A DNA stretch of 34,041 nt, taken from assembly GCA_037446635.1 (NCBI GenBank), contig JBBIIG010000023.1:782-34822 (forward strand), written 5' to 3'. Shown piece after piece: positions 25,695 to 34,041 of the stretch. A program made the position numbers and the translations under genes. Source of the stretch: a bacterium. GTDB lineage: Bacteria; Zhuqueibacterota; Zhuqueibacteria; Oceanimicrobiales; Oceanimicrobiaceae. Under the pieces are notes generated by a model. It did no database searches. It was not told the DNA's origin and was given only the letters and a program-made list of their open reading frames with translations. Position 1 is the first letter of the stretch; each line of letters opens with the position of its first letter.

Positions 25695-28682
25695 ATGCCA
25701 ACCACTACGACAACCTTGAATCCCGACTGGCTCAAACAGGGCTTCTCGCGCGTACAGGATTTTCAATACCTGATGCAGTACCGCATCCGCAACGTGCTGC
25801 TGGTTTCCAGTTTGTACGATTTGTTTTTATTCGAAGAGGATGGCCGGCTTTATGAACTGCTGCGCGAGGAATATCGCGATTTAAATTTGAGCCTCACGCC
25901 CGATATCACGCGGGTTTCCAGCGGTGAAGACGCTATCGCCCTGGCCAAAACCGAAAAGCGCTTCGATTTGATTATTACCACACTGCACGTCAAAGACATG
26001 TCGGCAAACGAATTTGCGCAGCTGGTGCGCGATTCTGGGTTGGACATTCCAATTGTGCTGCTGGCCTACGATCACCGCGAGCTTTCGGAAATGCTGCTCT
26101 ACCACAATCTCGCGGTTTTCGATCGCGTGTTCGTTTGGCAAGGGGATTTTCGCATCATCATCGCCATCCTCAAATGTTTGGAAGACCGCGCCAACGTCGA
26201 GCATGACACCAGCAAAGTCGGTGTGCAAGTCATCATTCTCATCGAAGATCAGGTTCGGTATTATTCATCGTTTTTGCCCATCATTTATAAAGAGCTTTTC
26301 AACCAGGCGCAGCGGTTGATTTCCGAAGGCGTCAATCTTTCCCATAAATTTTTGCGAATGCGCGCCCGCCCAAAAATTCTTTTGTGTACCAATTACGAAG
26401 AGGCTTGGGAGTACTTTTCAAAATACAAAGACTATATTTTGGGAATTATCTCCGACGTGGATTTTATGCACAACGGCCAGCCGGATCCCGAAGCCGGTTT
26501 GCAATTCTGCCGAAAGGTGCGCGAGGAATTTGCCGACATTCCCATCCTGCTGCAATCGTACGTCCGCGAAAATGAACACCACGCCCGCGAACTCGGGGCG
26601 GCGTTTTTGCTCAAAGATTCTCCGACGCTTTTAGACGAGCTGCGCCATTTTATGGTGAACAACTTTGGATTCGGAGATTTTGTTTTCCGCACGCCCGATG
26701 GCCGTGAGGTGGGGCGCGCATCGGATTTGGCGTCGTTGGAACAGCAGCTTCACATTGTGCCGGAGGAGAGCATAAAATTTCACGGCGAGCGCAACCACTT
26801 TTCCAATTGGCTCAAGGCGCGCACCGAGTTTGGTCTCGCCCACCGCTTGCGGCCGCGGCGGGTTTCCGATTACGCCACGTTTGAAGAGGTACGCCAGTAT
26901 TTGATCGCCACCTTGCGCGAATATCGGCAGATGCGTCAGAGCGGAGTGATCACCGATTTTCGGCGCGAGACCTTTTATCCCTACAGCAGTTTTGCGCGTA
27001 TTGGCCGCGGTTCGCTGGGCGGCAAAGCGCGCGGCCTGACCTTTGTGAACCGGCTGCTTTACAATTACAATCTTCAAAACAAATTCGAGGGCGTGAAAAT
27101 ATACATCCCGCCGGCGGTGGTTTTGGGAACCGAAGTCTTCGACGAGTTTCTCGATGCCAATCACCTTCGCCACTTCGCTTTGAATGCCGAAGACGATCGC
27201 CAAATCATCCAACGCTTTTTGGAGGCGCAATATTTTCCCAAAGCCGTTGAAAACGATCTGGCCGATTTTTTGGATTTGATCAAAATTCCGCTGGCCGTGC
27301 GCTCGTCGAGCCTGCTCGAAGACTCTCAATATTATCCCTTCGCCGGCGTCTATCAAACTTTCATGCTGTCCAACAACAGCAGCGATCATCGCCAGCGGCT
27401 CGCCCAATTGCTCAACGCCATCAAACGGGTGTATGCCTCCACCTTTTTTCAAAATGCGCGCGATTATTTCAAAGTCACTTCGTACCGGCTCGAAGAAGAA
27501 AAAATGGCGGTGGTCATTCAAAAGTTGGTGGGCTCGCAACATGCGAATCGTTTTTATCCCGATTTTTCCGGCGTGGCGAAATCGTACAACTTCTATCCCA
27601 TCGCGCCGCAAAAATCCACCGACGGCGTGGCCATGGTCGCGCTGGGTCTCGGCAAGACGGTGGTTGATGGCGGCCTGTGTTTGAAGTTTTCTCCGAAGCA
27701 TCCCAATCAAATCCCGCAATTCTACTCCGTCGCCGAGTCCATGAAAAACAGCCAGCGCACGTTTTACGCCCTGAATCTGGACGGCCGCTTGGATGATTTC
27801 CATCAAAGTCAGGACCTGCTTTCTTTGGTGGATTCGTTTGATTTGGAGGTGGCCGAAGCCGACGGCATTTTGAAATACGTTGGTTCAACTTACGCGCACG
27901 AAAATCATACGATTTACGACGGCATCTCCCGTCGCGGGCCGCGCCTGGTGACTTTTGCGCCGATTTTGAAACACAAGCTTTTTCCACTGCCCGAAATTTT
28001 GGACATGCTTTTGGAATTAGGCGTTTGGGCTATGGGCACGCCGGTCGAGATCGAGTTTGCGGTGAATCTTTCCGTTGCCGAGAGCCGGCCAAAAGAATTT
28101 GCTTTTCTGCAGTTGCGCCCGTTGGCGCTGCGCCAGGAGTTTGACGTTTTGGAAGTCGAGGACAGCGATGTCAGCAAATTAATTTGTGCCAGCGACAATG
28201 TGCTGGGCAACGGCAGCATCGGCAATATTTACGATGTAGTGATGGTGGACCTTGACCGTTTCGACCGCCTGCGCAGCCGCGAAGCGGCAAAAGAAGTTGC
28301 CATTTTCAATTCAAAATTGGTTGCTGAAAATCGGCCCTATATTTTGATTGGTGTGGGCCGCTGGGGATCGCTGGATCCATTTTTGGGTATCCCCGTCAAA
28401 TGGGAGCAAATCTCCGGCGCGCGCGTGATTGTAGAAACCGGCCTGAAGGATTTAAATATCGCGCCCTCGCAGGGTTCGCATTTCTTTCATAATCTCACTT
28501 CGTTCAGTGTCGGATATTTTACTGTGAACTCCAGCGCCAATCAAAGCTTCCTCGACTGGGATTGGCTGTTGGCGCAACCGGCGCAGGAGACGCTCCAGTT
28601 CAGCCGGCGCTTGCATTTTGATAAACCCATCACGGTGAAGATGAATGGGCGGCAGAATAAAGGAGTGATTTTGAAACCGTAA
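25695..28682 (+). CDS. PEP/pyruvate-binding (PPDK_N) domain protein with N-terminal receiver-like domains
   Basis: GSLGGKARGL, LAVRSSSLLED, FAGVY, EKMAVVIQ, VEIEFA and LQLRP. N-terminal REC-like segments. C-terminal GRWGS and PSQGSHFF. Confidence 0.85.
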   Translation: MPTTTTTLNPDWLKQGFSRVQDFQYLMQYRIRNVLLVSSLYDLFLFEEDGRLYELLREEYRDLNLSLTPDITRVSSGEDAIALAKTEKRFDLIITTLHVKDMSANEFAQLVRDSGLDIPIVLLAYDHRELSEMLLYHNLAVFDRVFVWQGDFRIIIAILKCLEDRANVEHDTSKVGVQVIILIEDQVRYYSSFLPIIYKELFNQAQRLISEGVNLSHKFLRMRARPKILLCTNYEEAWEYFSKYKDYILGIISDVDFMHNGQPDPEAGLQFCRKVREEFADIPILLQSYVRENEHHARELGAAFLLKDSPTLLDELRHFMVNNFGFGDFVFRTPDGREVGRASDLASLEQQLHIVPEESIKFHGERNHFSNWLKARTEFGLAHRLRPRRVSDYATFEEVRQYLIATLREYRQMRQSGVITDFRRETFYPYSSFARIGRGSLGGKARGLTFVNRLLYNYNLQNKFEGVKIYIPPAVVLGTEVFDEFLDANHLRHFALNAEDDRQIIQRFLEAQYFPKAVENDLADFLDLIKIPLAVRSSSLLEDSQYYPFAGVYQTFMLSNNSSDHRQRLAQLLNAIKRVYASTFFQNARDYFKVTSYRLEEEKMAVVIQKLVGSQHANRFYPDFSGVAKSYNFYPIAPQKSTDGVAMVALGLGKTVVDGGLCLKFSPKHPNQIPQFYSVAESMKNSQRTFYALNLDGRLDDFHQSQDLLSLVDSFDLEVAEADGILKYVGSTYAHENHTIYDGISRRGPRLVTFAPILKHKLFPLPEILDMLLELGVWAMGTPVEIEFAVNLSVAESRPKEFAFLQLRPLALRQEFDVLEVEDSDVSKLICASDNVLGNGSIGNIYDVVMVDLDRFDRLRSREAAKEVAIFNSKLVAENRPYILIGVGRWGSLDPFLGIPVKWEQISGARVIVETGLKDLNIAPSQGSHFFHNLTSFSVGYFTVNSSANQSFLDWDWLLAQPAQETLQFSRRLHFDKPITVKMNGRQNKGVILKP

Positions 28683-28684
28683 AC

Positions 28685-30868
28685 ATGAAATTCCCCAAGC
28701 TCCCGGTGATTGGTTTTCTCGCCATCTCTTTGGCTGCCAACCTCGTGGCTCAAGAGCGCCCCAGGATCGGCCTCGCCCTCAGCGGCGGCGGCGCCAAAGG
28801 TTTCGCTCACGTCGGCGTGTTGAAAGTGTTGGAGGAAGCTGGTTTGCCCATCGACTACATTTGCGGCGCCAGCATGGGCGCCTTCATCGGCGGCATGTAC
28901 GCTATCGGCTACCGCGCCAGCGATCTCGAAAAATTGATTCTCACCACCAACTGGAATGATTATTTAAACGACCGCGTGGAACGCCGCGCGATGCCCATGG
29001 AGCAGAAACTTTGGGATGGCCGTTTCATCGCCGAGCTGCCCATTCGCGACGGCAAAGTGCGCTTGCCCTCCGGTCTCATCGCCGGGCAGAAAATCAGCCG
29101 CCTGTTTTCCCGCTTGACGCTGCCAGTGCATCACCTGGGCGAGTTCCGCGATTTCCCGATTCCGTTTGCCTGCGTGGCCACCGATATTGTCACCGGCGAA
29201 GCCGTGCGTTTGGAAAGCGGCCATTTGCCGGAAGCGCTGCTGGCGAGCATGGCTTTCCCCACCGTGTTCGCCCCGGTGCGAATCCACGACCACCTGCTAG
29301 TGGACGGCGGACTGGTGCGCAACCTGCCCGCGGAAGACGTGCGCGCCCTCGGCGCGGATCTCGTCATCGGCGTCGATGTCAGCGCGCCATTGTTGACCGA
29401 AGAAGAGTTGAGATCGTTTTTCGACGTCCTCAATCAGGCCGTCAGTTTCATGAGCGTCAGCTCCACGATGCGCCAGCGCCAGTTGTGCGATCTGCTGATT
29501 TTGCCGGACGTGAGCCGCAAACCGGTTTTCGATTTTTCTCACCCCGACAGCCTGATCGCCGCTGGCGAGCTGGCGGCGCGACAGCTTCTGCCGCAATTGC
29601 TCGCGCTCGCCGATTCCATGCGCCTGCTCAGCAATCATCATCAACCCCGGCGCTTCGCCGCCGCCGATTCGTTTTTTGTCGTCAAAATTACGATCGAAGG
29701 TGTAAGAAAGCTTTCACGTCATTCTGTGCTTTCGGGTCTGCAGCTCGCCGTCCCCGGCTGGGTTACGTTAGCGGCGATTGAAAACGCCGCCAACCGTTTG
29801 AGCGGCTCTCAGATTTTCGAGCGCGTTCTTTATCAAATTGAACCGGGCGCCGGTGGGTCGCATCTCAAAATTAAAGTGGTAGAAAAAAGTGAGCACCTTT
29901 TTCGGTTCGGGCTGCGTTACGACAGCAGCACCGAGGCCGCGGTGCTGTTGAACGGATACTTCCGCAATCCGGCCAAAAGCAATTCGTTTTTAAATTTGGA
30001 TCTGAAATTGGGGCAACAGATTTATTTCGATGCGCAGTATTTTTTGCACGCCGGGCGCCAGCCGCGCTTCAGCGTTCGCGGCCGCGTTCACGTTGACGAC
30101 GACTTTCTCGATCTTTTTTCCGGCAGCCAGCGCGTGGCCAGCTTGCGCATCCAGTCTGTTTTCGGAGAACTTCTGTTCGGCAGCATTTTTTCCAACAGCT
30201 TTTCCATCGCCGCGGGCGCGCGCTTCGAATACAGCGATCGCTCTTTTCGGGTTGGCCCGCTGGATTTGCCGTCGCAAAGCAGCGCGGTGCTGCCGCTGCT
30301 GTTTCAGCTCGGGATCGATACCAAAGACCGCGCGGTGTTTTTTAGCCGCGGCGCGGCGCTGCTTTTCCGCAACGAATTCGCGCATGACCATTTTCTCAGC
30401 GACGGCACGTTTTCCCGCCACTACTTCAATTTCAAAATGGCCCTGCCGCTGCACCAGCGTGTTTCTTTGTTGAGCGAAATTCTGCTGGCCGCAGCTTTCG
30501 GCGACAGCCTGCCGCCGCACTACCAATTTATTTTGGGCGGCTTGAATACCACCGCCTGGTTTTTGGAAAAAGATGCCACGCGCACGTCGTTCGTGGGATT
30601 GAAGCCGCAGGAAGTGCTCGGTGAACACGTGCAGTTTTATCAACTCGGCTTGCAATATGAATTTCTACCGCGTATATTTCTGCAATTTCGCGCCAACGCC
30701 GGCAACCGCTTCGATTCGCTGCGGCTGGATTTTTCGCGCGGGCGTTTTCTTTACGGAGTAGGAGCCACCCTCGGCGCGGCCACGCCGGTCGGGCCGCTGG
30801 AATTTACCATCATGGGCGGCAGTCGTCACAATTTTCTAACCCATTTGGGTTTAGGGTATAAATTTTGA
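28685..30868 (+). CDS. Patatin-like phospholipase with POTRA and beta-barrel domains (PlpD / type Vd-like)
   Basis: Signal peptide; LSGGGAKG, GASMG (catalytic Ser), DGG (catalytic Asp). C-terminal barrel ending LGYKF. Confidence 0.9.
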   Translation: MKFPKLPVIGFLAISLAANLVAQERPRIGLALSGGGAKGFAHVGVLKVLEEAGLPIDYICGASMGAFIGGMYAIGYRASDLEKLILTTNWNDYLNDRVERRAMPMEQKLWDGRFIAELPIRDGKVRLPSGLIAGQKISRLFSRLTLPVHHLGEFRDFPIPFACVATDIVTGEAVRLESGHLPEALLASMAFPTVFAPVRIHDHLLVDGGLVRNLPAEDVRALGADLVIGVDVSAPLLTEEELRSFFDVLNQAVSFMSVSSTMRQRQLCDLLILPDVSRKPVFDFSHPDSLIAAGELAARQLLPQLLALADSMRLLSNHHQPRRFAAADSFFVVKITIEGVRKLSRHSVLSGLQLAVPGWVTLAAIENAANRLSGSQIFERVLYQIEPGAGGSHLKIKVVEKSEHLFRFGLRYDSSTEAAVLLNGYFRNPAKSNSFLNLDLKLGQQIYFDAQYFLHAGRQPRFSVRGRVHVDDDFLDLFSGSQRVASLRIQSVFGELLFGSIFSNSFSIAAGARFEYSDRSFRVGPLDLPSQSSAVLPLLFQLGIDTKDRAVFFSRGAALLFRNEFAHDHFLSDGTFSRHYFNFKMALPLHQRVSLLSEILLAAAFGDSLPPHYQFILGGLNTTAWFLEKDATRTSFVGLKPQEVLGEHVQFYQLGLQYEFLPRIFLQFRANAGNRFDSLRLDFSRGRFLYGVGATLGAATPVGPLEFTIMGGSRHNFLTHLGLGYKF

Positions 30869-31016
30869 TCATGGTAGAATTTCATTTGGCGGCGGGGGCT
30901 ACCGCACATTTTAGGGCGAGTCGGAAAAAAGTTTTACGAAGGCGAAGGAGGTCAAAATCGAAACCGTATTTGTGGAAGGCGTGCTCATCCGTTTTCCCAT
31001 TTCCTCACGGTGACCG

Positions 31017-32036
31017 GTGGATACCCTCACACAAATTGCTCTTGGCGCGGCGGTTGGCGAAGCGGTTCTCGGCAGGAAAGTCGGCAACCAAGCGGTGATG
31101 TGGGGCGCGGTGGGCGGCGTCATCCCGGACCTCGACGTGCTGGCCACGCCTTTTTTGAACGACGTGCAGGAGCTGACGTTTCACCGCGGTATCACTCACT
31201 CCATTGCGTTCGCGGTCGCGCTTTCGCCGCCGCTGGCGTATTTGATTTCGCGCGTGCACAAAACCAAAGAGGCGCGTTGGTTTGACTGGACAAAGTTGAT
31301 GTTTTGGAGCATCGTCACCCACCCGATTTTGGATTGTTTCACCATTTACGGCACCCAAATTTTTCAACCCTTCAGCAACTACGCGGCGGCGTTCAACACC
31401 ATCTTCATCATCGATCCGCTTTACACTTTGCCGCTGCTGTTCTCCGTGATCGCACTGATGTTTTTTCAGCGCACCAATTTCAAGCGCCGAATCCTCAACC
31501 AGATCGGTTTGGGCCTGAGCTGTTTTTATCTCTGTCTGACCGTCATCAACAAGTTCTACGTGAACTGGGTGTTCGAGCGAGCATGGCAGAGTCAAAACAT
31601 TTCGTACCAGCGCTATTTCACCAATCCCACACCGCTCAACACTCTTCTTTGGCGGGGCGTGTCCGAGAGCAAAGATGGATTTTGGGAAGGGCTGTATTCA
31701 TTGCTGGATCGCAACCAGAAGATTGAATTTCGATTCATTCCCAAACATCATGAGCTGATTCGGCCGTTCGCTGCGCAGCCCGAGCTGCACAAATTGTTTT
31801 GGTTTACCAGGGGTTATTTCAGCGTCTCACAAAAAGATGGCTTCCTGTATCTCCACGACCTGCGTTTTGGGAGAAGCGACATGGGCTTGCCCTATTTGAA
31901 AGGCGACTATCTTTTTAGTTATCGCATCACAGCCGCGGGGGATGGCGCTGTCGTGTCCGTTGAGCGGGCGAATGTGCGGTTTCGAATCAGCAAAGAATTG
32001 CTGTTGTTTTTATGGCAGCGAATCAAAGGGAATTGA
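31017..32036 (+). CDS. Membrane-bound metal-dependent hydrolase (YdjM-like)
   Basis: MDTLTQ..LGAAVG, PDLD, HRGITHS, THPILD and FIIDP motifs. Confidence 0.88.
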   Translation: MDTLTQIALGAAVGEAVLGRKVGNQAVMWGAVGGVIPDLDVLATPFLNDVQELTFHRGITHSIAFAVALSPPLAYLISRVHKTKEARWFDWTKLMFWSIVTHPILDCFTIYGTQIFQPFSNYAAAFNTIFIIDPLYTLPLLFSVIALMFFQRTNFKRRILNQIGLGLSCFYLCLTVINKFYVNWVFERAWQSQNISYQRYFTNPTPLNTLLWRGVSESKDGFWEGLYSLLDRNQKIEFRFIPKHHELIRPFAAQPELHKLFWFTRGYFSVSQKDGFLYLHDLRFGRSDMGLPYLKGDYLFSYRITAAGDGAVVSVERANVRFRISKELLLFLWQRIKGN

Positions 32037-32199
32037 TTGGACAACGCCTCCCTGCTCAATCATTTTCAGAGATATCTCCGGCCCTTGGCGAGTCCTGTTT
32101 TTTTTGAAAAAAAGCTCAAAACGCAAATCGGGCAGCTGCGGTAGAGTTTTAAAAAAACCGTTCGACAGTTTGCTAAGTGCGCCATTTCAGAATTCCTTG

Positions 32200-32440
32200 T
32201 CCGCGTAGCGGCTCCGCTTTGCCTGCCTGCGCAGGCAGGCGGATAGGGATGCCTTAAACCTCACCCTTCCGCGAAGCGGATCCGCTTTGGCGGAAATCCT
32301 CTCCTGGGAGACTGTTGAAAAAGTCCAAAAACAGGAGCTGTCATGCCCGCATGCTTTTGGCGGCATCCACGAAAACCAACGGCTAATGGACTCCCGACAA
32401 AAGCGTTCGGGAGTGACAAAGACCTTTTTCAAACAGTCTC
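32200..32440. repeat. Cluster of nested palindromic / MITE-like elements
   Basis: Two copies of TCCGCG(T/A)AGCGG(C/A)TCCGCTTTG-GCGGA; a perfect 20-bp palindrome at 32221-32240; a terminal inverted repeat pair at 32308-32325 and 32421-32440. Confidence 0.75.
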
Positions 32441-32684
32441 TAAGAGGGGAAAGGACTAAGTGTTAAGTTTATCGCCTTCCTTTAAAATTTGCTCTTACCC
32501 AAAAACCACCAGCGAGTTAGTTAATTGAGTTTTCTCTAAAAATTCCTACGCACTTTGGAATGCAGGTGGTACTATTTAGAAATTTTCCATTTTGATACAC
32601 AACAGTTGGCAGGTGGGGGGACTGTTTCACTGTCTCGCCCTGATCTCAATTTTCGATTTTAGACGTTTGAGGAGATTTGAAAAG

Positions 32685-34041
32685 ATGATCGGAGAAGCCA
32701 TTTTTAAACATAGTTGGAAGATGTTCTTTGTCGGCTGTTTTTTGATCCTGCTTTGCGGGCTGAATGTTTCCTCTTCTTTGGCGCAGACCTGTTCGTCCAC
32801 GCCGGTTGCAGTAGGATATCGCGATTTCAACTACGGCAGCACGGTCATCAACACCCCGACAGCGGAGAAACCGCAAAGCAAGCTTTGGATCAACGATGGT
32901 CTTTGGTGGGCAGTGATGTGGGACGCCTCCGCCAACAAATACCGTATCCACAAGTTTGACAAGAACAACCAGTGTTTCCAAAATGTCGGCCCGGATGTGG
33001 ACAACCGCGCCAATAGCCTCTCGGACGCGCTGTGGGACGGACAGAAATTGTACATCGTTTCGCACATGTACGAAGGCTCCAGCGGCGCGGCGCGTCTGTT
33101 CCGTTACAGCTACAACAATTCCACCGATACCTACACCCTCGACAGCGGATTCCCGGTCGATGTCACATCGCAAAACGCCGAGGCCATGACCATTGCCAAA
33201 GACTCCAGCGGCAAGCTTTGGATAACCTATGAAAATGGCGGCACCATCTGGATCAATCGTTCCACCACGAGCGAACAAACCTGGGGCAGCCCTTTCCAAC
33301 TGCCGGTACAAGGCGGGAATGTTGCCGGCGACGACATCTCCGCGATTCTTTCGTTTGGCGGCAATAAAATCGGCGTCCTGTGGAGCAACCAGAATGACAA
33401 AAAGATGTATTTTGCCGTTCACAACGATGGCACCGGCGATACCACCTGGCAGCCGCGCGAAGAAGCGCTGGCCGATCAAAATTTAGGCGCCGTCGCCGAT
33501 GATCACATCAACCTCAAAATGACCAGCGACAATGGCGGCAGTGTGTACGCCGTCACTAAAACCAGCCTCAGCACCAGCAACGCCCCCCTTATTTACGTGC
33601 TGAGGCGAGACTCAAATGGCTCGTGGTCGCGGCATATTTATGGTTTGAAGCGCGACAGTCATACCCGTCCTATCCTCTTAGTGGATGAAGAAAATCGCCA
33701 GCTTTACGTGTTTGCCAACGGCGGCGACGGTACGATTCGAATGAAAAGCGCTGGTTTGGATAATATCAATTTTGCCGTCGGTAAAGGCGAAATTTTTATT
33801 GACAGCAGCAGCGACAACGATATCAATAACCCTACCTCCACTAAGCAAAACCTGAACGGCTCCACGGATTTGTTGGTGCTCGCCAGCGATAAAGGCAGCC
33901 AAAACTATTTGCACAATTTTATCGATCTCGCCGGCGGTAGTTCAACGCCGGACATCACGGTTGCGCCGTCTTCTCACAATTACGGCGACGTGGTGGTGGG
34001 CAGCAGTTCGCAGCAGACGTTTGTGGTGACGAACGACGGGA
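32685..34041 (+). CDS. Large secreted protein, 5' part: beta-rich (propeller-like) domain followed by an Ig-like 'choice-of-anchor D'-type repeat
   Basis: RBS GAGGAG, ATG 32685, signal peptide ending SLA-Q, TAEKPQSKLW..DGLWW. The frame is open to the window edge, ending PDITVAPSSHNYGDVVVGSSSQQTFVVTNDG. Absent from the ORF track because it has no stop. Confidence 0.8.
   Translation, partial: MIGEAIFKHSWKMFFVGCFLILLCGLNVSSSLAQTCSSTPVAVGYRDFNYGSTVINTPTAEKPQSKLWINDGLWWAVMWDASANKYRIHKFDKNNQCFQNVGPDVDNRANSLSDALWDGQKLYIVSHMYEGSSGAARLFRYSYNNSTDTYTLDSGFPVDVTSQNAEAMTIAKDSSGKLWITYENGGTIWINRSTTSEQTWGSPFQLPVQGGNVAGDDISAILSFGGNKIGVLWSNQNDKKMYFAVHNDGTGDTTWQPREEALADQNLGAVADDHINLKMTSDNGGSVYAVTKTSLSTSNAPLIYVLRRDSNGSWSRHIYGLKRDSHTRPILLVDEENRQLYVFANGGDGTIRMKSAGLDNINFAVGKGEIFIDSSSDNDINNPTSTKQNLNGSTDLLVLASDKGSQNYLHNFIDLAGGSSTPDITVAPSSHNYGDVVVGSSSQQTFVVTNDG

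Noticed and set aside
25695..28682. Bona fide PEP synthase/PPDK or a novel kinase system
   Set aside because: No phospho-His swivel motif is recognisable. The REC-like + PPDK_N architecture is a family I recognise as widespread in FCB bacteria, so it is not novel here.
32646..33479. 277-aa minus-strand ORF
   Set aside because: It is the shadow of the plus-strand secreted protein starting at 32685, which has an RBS, a signal peptide and an open frame to the edge.

Overview
Bacterial DNA, probably from an FCB-group lineage such as KSB1, Calditrichota or Ignavibacteria. This is inferred from a C-terminal 'FSLEQNYPNPFNP...WDG...SGVY' secretion domain. Contents from left to right: (1) the 3' end of an AlaX tRNA-editing gene; (2) an ECF sigma/zinc anti-sigma pair divergent from a small membrane protein gene, with twin back-to-back ECF promoters; (3) a porin + small PBP-like protein + orphan HAMP histidine kinase triad; (4) sixA-ppx; (5) a ~12-kb mosaic arsenic-resistance island with 2x arsR, 2x ArsP-type permease, arsC, acr3, thioredoxins, USP, an HdrA-N-like protein, ferredoxin, MarR, an ArsD-like protein, an FmdB zinc ribbon, two YlbF-like proteins, ccdA and a ProC-like gene. 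The island is rich in Cys-Cys-tailed proteins, carries several lesions and ends in a deletion scar. (6) A redox module: a split-Soret-type dihaem cytochrome fused to a T9SS/FlgD-type C-terminal domain, a Tat-exported Fe-S subunit and a TtrA/SrdA-clade molybdoenzyme. (7) A PEP/pyruvate-binding-domain protein, a patatin-barrel protein, a membrane hydrolase, a nest of palindromic elements and the 5' part of a large secreted protein. The best novelty candidate is the redox module: it has no membrane anchor gene, and its Fe-S subunit has lost all four ligands of the quinone-proximal cluster while carrying a C-terminal CxxCH. All family assignments come from motif recognition by eye; no searches were run.
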